A DNA stretch of 64,000 bases from a bacterium (lineage in GTDB: Bacteria > Zhuqueibacterota > Zhuqueibacteria > Residuimicrobiales > Krinioviventaceae). The notes beneath the pieces were generated by a model that saw nothing but the letters and a program-made list of their open reading frames with translations, did no database searches and was not told the DNA's origin. A program made the translations under genes and the position numbers. This document shows positions 38,521 to 46,930 of the stretch, one piece after another. Positions within the stretch are counted from its first letter, which is position 1; each line of letters begins with the position of its first letter. The DNA is taken from NCBI GenBank assembly GCA_963674595.2, contig CAXXFV010000026.1:103623-167622 (forward strand), given 5' to 3'.

Positions 38521-39672
38521 TTATTTACGTTTTTTAATAATTGAAATAATGATTAACAACACAAAAGCAAAAATAAAAACCAGGACCATGTTTTTCAGCA
38601 AATCGGATTTAAAAGATGTCGGTTGTTGGGGTATGTCCTGAGTTTCTGTTTTCGGGGGTGTTTGAACGCTGTCATGATCGGTTTGGACAATCTTTTGAGT
38701 TTCCGGGATTTGTTCAACCGGTTTGGCCGGGGCCGGTTTAGCCAGCGAATCTATAAACGTTTCCACAACAGCGCTGGGCGTTGTCAGCTCCGGCAGCGAT
38801 TCCTGTGTTACGGAACGCTGGTCCTGAATACGGCTCCAGTCCGCAGATATTAAAAGGTCCATGCCCTGATGCAGTTCTTTCACTTCACAGGAACACCAGG
38901 TCACCAGCGATTGGCAGGCCCTGTGAATGTTTTTTGAATGAATACCGTTCCCGACCAGCGCATACAACGAGCGTCCCTGACCGAATACGGGAAAGACCAT
39001 AGGCTCCGGATAGTAAACAAGGTCCGACTCGGAATTTATTAAAATTTCGGCCAGTACCTTTTCCTGTTTTGAAAGCGCCAAAGTGGAAAATTTTACCTCA
39101 AGGTCATCACCTCTGCCGGTAATCTCCTGGCCCGTGGAATCGTAACCTGTTTTCGGGATTTCCAGTACCTGTGAAAGGCTGTCCAGTTCGTTTTGCAGCA
39201 ATTCAAATTTGGTCTTGTTTACATCCTCATCCGGGCCGGGCAGGAACAAAAACACGGCCGTGTGCCCTCTCAACAGCCGGTCTGCTAATTCTTTTCTCAC
39301 CGGTGAAAATAAAAGTGAATCGATATGCTGCGGATCAAGTGATGTATGATAAACAGGCCTGTTCATGCCGGTTTGCTGCGGCAGTAACAGGTACACGCCG
39401 GTTTTTTCAAAATCCCGGGCGCTTTGGCTGAGGGGTGCGATCTCCGGTTCGAACAGGGTAATATTGGCAAAATTTGAAACCGCTGTTTCATTGATATATT
39501 TTATGGTGTTGCTTTTTTCCAGCGAATCTGCTATGACTACAATTCGATAGGGATCCGGCTGCCAGCGTTCCAAAGCATAACGGAATATGGGCACATTACA
39601 GGCATGTGCCTGAAATGCTGCGATGATGATATAAATAACCAGAAAAAATTGTAAGGGCTTTTTTGCAAACAT
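38521..39672 (-). CDS. Exported hypothetical protein with C-terminal membrane anchor ('ACNVPIFRYALERW' type)
   Basis: Signal peptide, 'AHACNVPIFRYALERW', 'FPVFGQGR', 'WCSCEVKELHQGMDLL', Pro/Thr linker, C-terminal TM plus basic tail. Confidence 0.75.
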   Translation of the reverse strand: MFAKKPLQFFLVIYIIIAAFQAHACNVPIFRYALERWQPDPYRIVVIADSLEKSNTIKYINETAVSNFANITLFEPEIAPLSQSARDFEKTGVYLLLPQQTGMNRPVYHTSLDPQHIDSLLFSPVRKELADRLLRGHTAVFLFLPGPDEDVNKTKFELLQNELDSLSQVLEIPKTGYDSTGQEITGRGDDLEVKFSTLALSKQEKVLAEILINSESDLVYYPEPMVFPVFGQGRSLYALVGNGIHSKNIHRACQSLVTWCSCEVKELHQGMDLLISADWSRIQDQRSVTQESLPELTTPSAVVETFIDSLAKPAPAKPVEQIPETQKIVQTDHDSVQTPPKTETQDIPQQPTSFKSDLLKNMVLVFIFAFVLLIIISIIKKRK

Positions 39673-39839
39673 GTTAATTTATATTAAAATATCAGAATTT
39701 ATTTTTAATATTCAGATTTTTAAGATAGTCTATTTCCGTATAAAAAACAAAAACTTTTGAATGGAAGGACGTTGATTTACAATAAATTACAATTTTATTT
39801 TCAGGAGGACGGGTGATAAATGTGCAGGGGAAATTGGGT

Positions 39840-39868
39840 AAAAAACGGGAGATGCCGGCATCTCCCGT
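39840..39868 (-). terminator. Terminator closing the symporter / small gene / repeat-array transcript
   Basis: Perfect 24-bp palindrome ACGGGAGATGCCGGCATCTCCCGT (39845-39868) followed by a T-run on the minus strand. Confidence 0.7.
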
Positions 39869-39877
39869 AATATTTTT

Positions 39878-40793
39878 TATTTGTTTCGTTTCGTAAAGCA
39901 GTAAACGCTGCCGATTAAAAGGGCAAATCCTGCAATTAAATCGAGAGTCAGGTCCCGACGGGACGGATCATGTTTTTTTTTGGTTCCATATATCAAAAAA
40001 TGCCGTTTATCATGAGGGTGAATTCTGCTATTAAACAAGAGTCAGGTCCCGACGGGACGGATCATAATCTTTTTTTTTCGTATCATATTTCAAAAAATAC
40101 CGCTTATCACAAGGGTGGATTCTACTAATAAAACGAGTATCAGGTCCCGTAGGGACTATTTATTTCGTTTTGTAAAGCAGAAAACGCCGCCTATCATAAG
40201 GGCAAATCCTGCAATTAAATCGAGAGTCAGGTCCCGACGGGACGGATCATATTCTATTTATTTTGTACTATATATCGAAAAATACCGTTTATCACAAGGG
40301 TGAAATCTGCTAATAAAACGAGTATCAGGTCCCGTAGGGACATTACTTGTTTCGTTTTGTAAAGCAGAAAACGCCGCCTATCATAAGGGCAAATCCTGCA
40401 ATTAAATCGAGAGTCAGGTCCCGACGGGACGGATCATGTTTTTTTTGGTTCCATATATCAAAAAACACCGTTTATCACAAGGGTGAATTCTGCTAATAAA
40501 ACGAGTATCAGGTCCCGTTGGGACTATTTGTTTCGTTTTGTAAAGCAGAAAACGCCGCCTATCATAAGGGCAAATCCTGCAATTAAATCGAGAGTCAGGT
40601 CCCGACGGGACGGATCATGTTTATTTTTGGTTCCATATATCAAAAAACACCGTTTATCACAAGGGTGAATTCTGCTAATAAAACGAGTATCAGGTCCCGG
40701 CGGGACTATTTGTTTCGTTTTGTAAAGCAGAAAACGCCGCCTATCATAAGGGCAAATCCTGCAATTAAATCGAGAGTCAGGTCCCGACGGGAC
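39878..40793. repeat. Higher-order tandem repeat array, 10 units of 87-98 bp, each ending in GTCCC-N3-GGGAC
   Basis: Palindromes start at 39952, 40046, 40144, 40231, 40329, 40418, 40512, 40599, 40694 and 40781. A units (87-89 bp) and B units (94-98 bp) mostly alternate and are homologous to each other. Confidence 0.95.
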
Positions 40794-40894
40794 AGCTCTG
40801 TAAACAAGGGGGTCAGCGCTGTAAAAAAGCCGATTCCCATAAAAAAGAAACTTGCCGGCAACCATATTTTAAGTTCGTATTTTGATTCTTCCAT
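40706..40894 (-). CDS. Small 2-TM membrane protein downstream of the symporter
   Basis: AAAGGA RBS, 62 aa with two hydrophobic helices and a basic tail, 30 bp after the symporter stop; its 3' half is repeat unit A. Confidence 0.7.
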   Translation of the reverse strand: MEESKYELKIWLPASFFFMGIGFFTALTPLFTELSRRDLTLDLIAGFALMIGGVFCFTKRNK

Positions 40895-40924
40895 ATCATG
40901 TTCCTTTGTAACAATTAATAAGGA

Positions 40925-42496
40925 TTAAAGAAGTATAGCTAAAAACGCATAAACCACAACAACGGCTGATACCAGAAAAACGCCCAGTATTTTGGGATTG
41001 TTGAGTCCTCTGCCGGTGATCTGCATATCTTCGTGTTCCACTTCCGGTTCGACAAAATTTTGTGCAAGACTAATGGCAACCGTAACAACCGTTGTTACCA
41101 GAAAAGAGACAAACGCGCGAAAATACAGAGTGTCTTTGGCAAAATCGGCCAGGTAACCTGCCATATCGGCTGTAAATAAAACAGAACCGACCACCAAGCC
41201 GATAATAACGCCCCACAATGCACCGCGCGGACTGCTGCGTCGCCACAGCGCGCCGAGAATCGTCACCGAACCAAAGGGCGGCATAATGGTCGCCAGAATA
41301 CCAACAGCCAAAAGGAACATGCCGTTTTTCGCAAAGGTAAAGATAAAAGCCGTGCCGATGGCCGCAACCGTAAAAATGATACCGGAAAGCCGCGACACCT
41401 TGATCAGTTTTTCCTGACTGGCGTTTTTATTGATCATGCGGCTGTAAATGTCTGTGGTAAACATGGTGCAGAACGCATTGATCTGTGAATCCGCACTGGA
41501 AAAGTTACCCGCCAGCAATCCGACAATGGTAATACCATAAAGTCCGTGGGGAAGATAATTTTTAATAAGCATGGGCATGGCAAAATCGTTGTTCGGCAGA
41601 CTGGGGAAATATTTAATCGCTGCCATGGCCGGTATATAAACGATAAAAGGCACGATCAGCGTGTGCCAGAAACCGGTGCCGATATAGGTTATGGCTGCTT
41701 CGCTGGTGTTGCGTGTGGAAAGCGGGCGCTGAATGATCTGCGCTTCACTGCTCCAGTAACTCATGGCTAAAAACAACATGCCGAAAATAGTAAAACCCAG
41801 CGGTCCGAAAGGAGTGTCCGGGTTCCAGATAGCGACTTTATCCGCCGGTAAACTATTGATCAGGTTAATGGGCCCGCCAACGTCCATCCACACAACGCCG
41901 GCCAAAAAGATAAAGGGAAAAAACATCAGCACAAGCTGAACAACATCCGTGGCAACAACCGCCCCGAATCCGCCTAGAATGGTATAGGTTGCGGCAACAA
42001 CCGTAAGAAATACGATTGAAAAATACAAGTCCCAGCCGACCAGCGTATGCATGACAATAGCGCCGGCGTAAATATAAAGACCCAGGTTAAAAAGCATCCA
42101 TATAAATGCCCAGATAATGCTGTAAAGGTTGCCGACCGGATCGCTGTAACGTTTTCGCAGCCATTCACCCAGCGTAAATACGTTCCTGCCCCGAAGTTTT
42201 CTCATCAGAATAAAGGCCAGAAAGAGAATAACCAGACTGTTAATTAATGAGGAGTGAATCATTACGATTCCCATGGCGTAAATAGCACCGGCGCCGCCGA
42301 TAAAGTCGTTGGCGTTCATATTCGTTGCTACGGTGGAAATACAGCCGATAAATCCCGGCACTTTGCGTCCGGCCAGAAAAGAGTCTGATAATTTTGCTTT
42401 CCCCTTGTCCTTAAGCATAACGCCCCAGATGGTAACACCGGCCATAAAAAATATGACCATGACCCATTCGTTTAGTAATAGTTTACCCGGCTCCAT
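40925..42496 (-). CDS. Sodium:solute symporter (SSS/SLC5) family protein
   Basis: 'SFLAGRK', 'YTILGGFGAVVATDVVQ', 'GLLAGNFSSADSQIN..FTTDIY'; AAGGAG RBS before ATG 42496. Confidence 0.93.
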   Translation of the reverse strand: MEPGKLLLNEWVMVIFFMAGVTIWGVMLKDKGKAKLSDSFLAGRKVPGFIGCISTVATNMNANDFIGGAGAIYAMGIVMIHSSLINSLVILFLAFILMRKLRGRNVFTLGEWLRKRYSDPVGNLYSIIWAFIWMLFNLGLYIYAGAIVMHTLVGWDLYFSIVFLTVVAATYTILGGFGAVVATDVVQLVLMFFPFIFLAGVVWMDVGGPINLINSLPADKVAIWNPDTPFGPLGFTIFGMLFLAMSYWSSEAQIIQRPLSTRNTSEAAITYIGTGFWHTLIVPFIVYIPAMAAIKYFPSLPNNDFAMPMLIKNYLPHGLYGITIVGLLAGNFSSADSQINAFCTMFTTDIYSRMINKNASQEKLIKVSRLSGIIFTVAAIGTAFIFTFAKNGMFLLAVGILATIMPPFGSVTILGALWRRSSPRGALWGVIIGLVVGSVLFTADMAGYLADFAKDTLYFRAFVSFLVTTVVTVAISLAQNFVEPEVEHEDMQITGRGLNNPKILGVFLVSAVVVVYAFLAILL

Positions 42497-42675
42497 TAAA
42501 TTCTCCTTTCTAAACAGGTGAGTGAGTATAGGTGGGGTCAGTTTTCGTGATATTTTTAACAATAAAGTTAATAATATTTCCCAAAAAAACAACAAACGAA
42601 TTTATGGAGGAGGATTATTTGTAAAGGGCAGAGAAGGAAAGGATTAGTTTGATAGTTTGGTTCGTTGGTTATTTC

Positions 42676-42703
42676 GTAGAGACGCAAGATTTTGCGTCTC
42701 TAC
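42676..42703. repeat. GTAG-family REP-like palindrome
   Basis: GTAGAGACGCAAGATTTTGCGTCTCTAC, about 50 bp upstream of element copy 6. Confidence 0.8.
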
Positions 42704-42744
42704 CATGTGGGCCAGGGAGATGAAATAAAAGTCTAAAAAATTTA

Positions 42745-42945
42745 TAAAAACCTCTTGCGCTGTTATTGCAGAATTTGTATTATTCGTTATCAGCTATAAA
42801 GGACTGTTTTTCAGGAAAATTTGGTCGCGCACGGGAGTTCCTGATTGTTCTTTTTGCTGGTTTTCCAATTTATTATTAAAAACGGGATTCAAAAGTACAA
42901 ACGGGGAAAGATTGTGTCGGTTGTATGGTTATATTCTTGTTGCCC
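42745..42945 (+). promoter_or_regulatory. Dispersed promoter-leader element, copy 6 (plus strand, upstream of the restriction endonuclease)
   Basis: TTGCGC (42755-42760), 17 bp, TATTAT (42778-42783), then 'TATCAGCTATAAAGGACTGTTTTTCAGGAAAATTTGGTCGCGCACGGGAGTTCCTGA'. Confidence 0.85.
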
Positions 42946-43020
42946 TTGTAACAAATAAAGAATTGAAGATGAAAGTTATGTTAAGCTTATAAAAATTGTT
43001 AATTGCTTTAGGAGAATTAA

Positions 43021-43920
43021 ATGCCATCATTAGCTGAAGATTTGCAAACACAAAAATTTGAAATTGAAAGCTTTCGAATAGTTACTGAACGTGTATTAAA
43101 TTATATGCAGGAAATGATTGATGAAAAAATTGAATGCGGTGATTATTTTGTCTGTTCTTCGACAACTGCGGGAACGCGAAAGGCTATAAGGCCCTATAAA
43201 AAAAATCTGTTTATTAATAAATCCGATCAGTTTAACGATTTATATAATGAATTCATCAAAATTCTGAATAAAATTAAAAATGATAAACATGATTTTACCA
43301 AATCAGATTTTACAGTACTAGATAAGGTTATTTATACAACACAACAATCTATCGGAATTGGTCTTGATTTTTTAGTTGAACCTAATTCTGCCAGGAAACA
43401 TGTCGGAAACAGATTTGAGGAGTTAATTCGCACACTGTTATCAGAAATGAATATTCCCATTAAAAAGGTTGTTCTAAGTATACCGTATGAAACAGAGGAA
43501 GGTGAAAAATTTTATAAATGTGAAACTGATGTTATTATTTCTCCCTATGATTCTGTCCGTTCTGACCCAAAGAATATTGATCCGCATGAAATAGTGATTT
43601 CTCTAAAAACAACAACAAAAGATAGAATGCCCAAAATTTTTATTGATAAGATCCTGATGGAGAGATTCTTAGAACATCCGGTAAGGATGGTTGGTATCTC
43701 ACAGAATGACATTCAACGTAAAGAGGATAAAGGCGAAATTAAAATAAGCTATACTTTTGTATCAAATTTATTCATGGTCTATACAAAATTTCTAGCAGAA
43801 TTAGAAGGGTATTATTATTTAGATATTCCCAAAAGAGCTTTAGAATCACCATTTAATAGGCATATATTCCCATTCTCTAAATTCATTTTATCAGATATTT
43901 GGAACTTATTGCGTACGTAA
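43021..43920 (+). CDS. Putative Type II restriction endonuclease (PD-(D/E)XK fold)
   Basis: 'SARKHVGNRFEELI', 'ETDVII', 'VISLKTTTKDR' match a PD-(D/E)XK-like arrangement; convergent with and overlapping a DNA methyltransferase; AT-rich; AGGAG RBS. Confidence 0.75.
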   Translation: MPSLAEDLQTQKFEIESFRIVTERVLNYMQEMIDEKIECGDYFVCSSTTAGTRKAIRPYKKNLFINKSDQFNDLYNEFIKILNKIKNDKHDFTKSDFTVLDKVIYTTQQSIGIGLDFLVEPNSARKHVGNRFEELIRTLLSEMNIPIKKVVLSIPYETEEGEKFYKCETDVIISPYDSVRSDPKNIDPHEIVISLKTTTKDRMPKIFIDKILMERFLEHPVRMVGISQNDIQRKEDKGEIKISYTFVSNLFMVYTKFLAELEGYYYLDIPKRALESPFNRHIFPFSKFILSDIWNLLRT

Positions 43921-44973
43921 CTTTTTTCTGCGTGCAACAGCTTCATATTCATCTTTTGCTGATGCAATTCTGGAAATATTGTCTCTGTCAGATAACCGCT
44001 CTTTGATAATCTCGCAATAATCAAGATTAATTTCTGTTCCAAGCCAATTTCTATTGTATGCCTCTGATACTGCATAGGTCGTGCCTGATCCTCCGAATGG
44101 GTCTACAACAACACTCCCTTCGTAGGATGAAGCTAATACACATTTTCTAACCAATTCGATAGGTTTTTGTGTTTCATGTGGCGTCTTTTCCCACGCAGCG
44201 TTTGCTATTGTTGGGATTTCAAAAACGTCTTTTGGTTTTGCACCGTTAGGATGGGGTTCCCATATATATTTTTTACCATTTCCATTGTTATATTGCGAAG
44301 TTTCTGCCTGTGGTCTTTGGGGGTATTTAAGTGTATGTGCATTATAGGGGATTCTTACATCATCGATATTAAAAATAAACTTTTTACTTTTTCTGAAATG
44401 TAAAAGGCTTTCATGAGAACGCCCCCAATCATTTCCAAGATTTGCTTTATTACGGTAAAACCAGACCAACCACTTACAGCCCTTAAATAAATAGTTTGCT
44501 GCCCATTTGATGTCTGCTAATATTTCTGAAAAACCACAAATATATAAAGTTCCATGAGGTTTCAATACTCTATGGGCTTCCCTAATCCATTGCATGCACC
44601 ATTCTACATATTGTTTTTGAGATTGGAAAGAATCCCATTCCGCTTTTTTTATATTGTAAGGAGGATCTGCAAATATTAAATCTACAGAATCATCATCAAT
44701 AGATCTAAGAAATCTAAGTACATCAACATTATATAGTTTACCAAAATCAGTGCTAAAAATGGGTTGCCCTAATTTTACGTTTTTTCTTTCAGGTGTATAT
44801 TGGAGTTGTAATTCTTTTACAAAACTATTAACTTTATCAAGTGGATATACCCGATAATTATTAATAGGATTCCTCGATGATGGAAATTTCCCTGTTTTGT
44901 CCCAACGGCGAAGTGTTTCCTTGTTAACACCAATAATTTCTGCGGCATCGCTTATTGAGATAAATGAATTCAT
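43906..44973 (-). CDS. Site-specific N4/N6 DNA methyltransferase (beta class) with N-terminal MerR/Xis-like HTH
   Basis: HTH 'ISISDAAEIIGVNKETLRRWD..NNYRVY'; catalytic DPPY before 'HETQKP' and SAM-binding 'DPFGGSGTT'. Confidence 0.93.
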   Translation of the reverse strand: MNSFISISDAAEIIGVNKETLRRWDKTGKFPSSRNPINNYRVYPLDKVNSFVKELQLQYTPERKNVKLGQPIFSTDFGKLYNVDVLRFLRSIDDDSVDLIFADPPYNIKKAEWDSFQSQKQYVEWCMQWIREAHRVLKPHGTLYICGFSEILADIKWAANYLFKGCKWLVWFYRNKANLGNDWGRSHESLLHFRKSKKFIFNIDDVRIPYNAHTLKYPQRPQAETSQYNNGNGKKYIWEPHPNGAKPKDVFEIPTIANAAWEKTPHETQKPIELVRKCVLASSYEGSVVVDPFGGSGTTYAVSEAYNRNWLGTEINLDYCEIIKERLSDRDNISRIASAKDEYEAVARRKKLRTQ

Positions 44974-44980
44974 AGTAATC

Positions 44981-45059
44981 CTCTTTACAAGTCACTTAAA
45001 GATTAAACAACGTTATACAAGCTTATACAAATAATATAAAAAATTAATAAAGAATGCAA
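44981..45059 (-). promoter_or_regulatory. Methyltransferase promoter with 10-bp-phased direct repeats
   Basis: TTGCAT (45059-45054), 17 bp, TATTAT (45036-45031); plus-strand decamers GATTAAACAA / CGTTATACAA / GCTTATACAA (45001-45030) and CTCTTTACAA (44981-44990). Confidence 0.6.
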
Positions 45060-45268
45060 GAAATAATTTCAAGCTCAAGTATTACAAACGCATAAACGTA
45101 AACAATGTCTCACATCAAAGGGACTTAGCATTTTACGATCTATTTTTTTTATTCGTCCTGGGGTATGAATTCTTGTCTATTAAAAATATTTTTATATATT
45201 AAAATTTTAAATCGTTTATCGTTTAACAGTACGAATCCAACCTGAAACGCAGCGAGAAGGGATTATTT

Positions 45269-46684
45269 ATGAAAAATGCAATGATCGTGTTGATCAGTGC
45301 AGTTATGCTGGTTGCGGCATGCCGTGGTATAAAACCACAATCAATGTATCAACCTGATTTACTGATATCCACATCAGGCTCCTCTGCACATGCTGATAAT
45401 GTTATTCAGCCGCTCTATCAAACACTGTTACGATTTAAAAGAAATATCGGTCCCATTCCTGTTAACCAGACCGCTGATTTTTTTAAACAGTTCTCTCTTC
45501 AAAAAGGTGAGTCCGAACCCATGCTTTTTGCGGCAAATATGAACAATATAACGGGAGATAACAAGATGAACACGTTTTTCGACGAACACGACATCGTGAT
45601 TGGAGAAAAGTCTGAAACAGCCTTTATGAACAAATATGATATATATCAGGACGGCACAACACCGATGTATCGCGATGTGGACGGAAAACTTTGGGCAATG
45701 AGCGGACATTCGCATATGGGGCATATCGGTATGTTCTACGGTACACGTCTTGATGATTTAAAAGAGTTATACCCCATTTCCACAAATTTTTGCGTAGGAC
45801 ATGCCGATTATGCGTTTTCAGGTATACGTTATCCGGAAGGGATTAAACCTCGCGGCAGTATCTGGCCTTTTGGTTTATATATTAGTCCCAATACACACCG
45901 GTTTTTTTGCTTTTTTCATAATGAAACAGGCTGGAACGCAAAAGGAACCGGGTATATCGTTAAAGGCAAAGGCGACGGCGAACCGGATTTTCGTCATATT
46001 GGTCTTATGCATTCGGATGACGAAGGAAAAAACTGGACCTTCGACAGATGGGTGATTACGTCCGAAGAGGTTTGTTTCAGCGAATTGTATAATCCGGACG
46101 GGGAAAATGTTTTGGGACAAAAACAAGGACTGACGTGCCTTGGTGCCGGGGACTTTTCATTGTATGTTGAACCCGATGGGGAGTATATGTATCTTTTTTA
46201 CAACCTTTGCCGGGTCGAGTCTGAATCGTCAGTATGGAATAGTTGCGATACCTATGTGGCCCGGACCCGTAAACGTACGGACGGTGTGATGGGTGATTTT
46301 GTCAAGTATTTTAACGGCGAATTTTGCGAAGCCGGTAACCTCGGGAAAGAAACACCTATTGTATATAACGCCTGGCATCCGCGTGTCGTTTATTCTAAAA
46401 AATACGGACTGTATATAATGTCGTGTTCGCACATGACACCGGGTAAGAAAAAGCATGTTATCGACGACGTTATAGAAGTGCTGACCAGTGAGGACATGCT
46501 GCATTGGAGCGATCCCATACGAATCATGTACGAAGGTAAAGAGTTCGGTAACCACTATCAGGCTATTGTGCCGAACGATGATAAAAATCAGCCCAATATT
46601 TTGGAAGGTGATGAATTTTATATTTTGACCAACCACAACGGTACGGATGTTATGCGTTACGCTGCAAAGATCGTCAAAAAATAG
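45269..46684 (+). CDS. Chimeric lipoprotein: PrsA-derived N-terminus fused to a beta-propeller glycoside-hydrolase-like domain
   Basis: Residues ~1-95 align with the N-terminus of 47897..48922; internal GGGAG-N8-ATG at 45566; Asp-box 'SDDEGKNW', 'FFHNE', 'GAGDFS', 'TSEDMLHWSDP' suggest a GH43/32-like propeller. Confidence 0.75.
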   Translation: MKNAMIVLISAVMLVAACRGIKPQSMYQPDLLISTSGSSAHADNVIQPLYQTLLRFKRNIGPIPVNQTADFFKQFSLQKGESEPMLFAANMNNITGDNKMNTFFDEHDIVIGEKSETAFMNKYDIYQDGTTPMYRDVDGKLWAMSGHSHMGHIGMFYGTRLDDLKELYPISTNFCVGHADYAFSGIRYPEGIKPRGSIWPFGLYISPNTHRFFCFFHNETGWNAKGTGYIVKGKGDGEPDFRHIGLMHSDDEGKNWTFDRWVITSEEVCFSELYNPDGENVLGQKQGLTCLGAGDFSLYVEPDGEYMYLFYNLCRVESESSVWNSCDTYVARTRKRTDGVMGDFVKYFNGEFCEAGNLGKETPIVYNAWHPRVVYSKKYGLYIMSCSHMTPGKKKHVIDDVIEVLTSEDMLHWSDPIRIMYEGKEFGNHYQAIVPNDDKNQPNILEGDEFYILTNHNGTDVMRYAAKIVKK

Positions 46685-46765
46685 GGATTTAGCTTGTTGT
46701 ATTGATACAGGCAAAAATAGTTAATACCAGGTGCATGGAATTTTTTAAATTGTAAATGACAGTTC

Positions 46766-46793
46766 GTAGCGACGCAAGATTTTGCGTCGCTAC
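46766..46793. repeat. GTAG-family REP-like palindrome with compensatory changes
   Basis: GTAGCGACGCAAGATTTTGCGTCGCTAC: paired A>C / T>G substitutions relative to the 42676 copy keep the stem intact. Confidence 0.8.
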
Positions 46794-46930
46794 TTAGAAT
46801 TACAAGGAACAAATGTTAAATTGCCGGGTTCATAATGTTGTATACAGTCCCTGGTTATTCTCCTTGATTTTTGTGCAAATCTGTTATAAATTGAGGGTCT
46901 AAACTACCTTAAAATTAATGGAGTAAATAA

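Noticed and set aside
39878-40793. CRISPR array
   Set aside because: The sequences between palindromes are homologous repeats, not unique spacers; the 87-98 bp period is too long; no cas genes are present.
39878-40894. DGR template/variable repeat pair (units A vs B)
   Set aside because: Mismatches involve all four bases rather than adenines only, and there is no reverse transcriptase in the window.
40115-40928. ORFs 40115..40303, 40483..40668, 40524..40865 and 40617..40928
   Set aside because: By-products of the repeat array, lacking an RBS. Only 40706..40894 has an RBS and a coherent two-TM product.
42500-43020. Replication origin at the strand-switch point
   Set aside because: Gene orientation flips here, but I found no dnaA/dnaN or DnaA-box cluster, and GC skew could not be computed.
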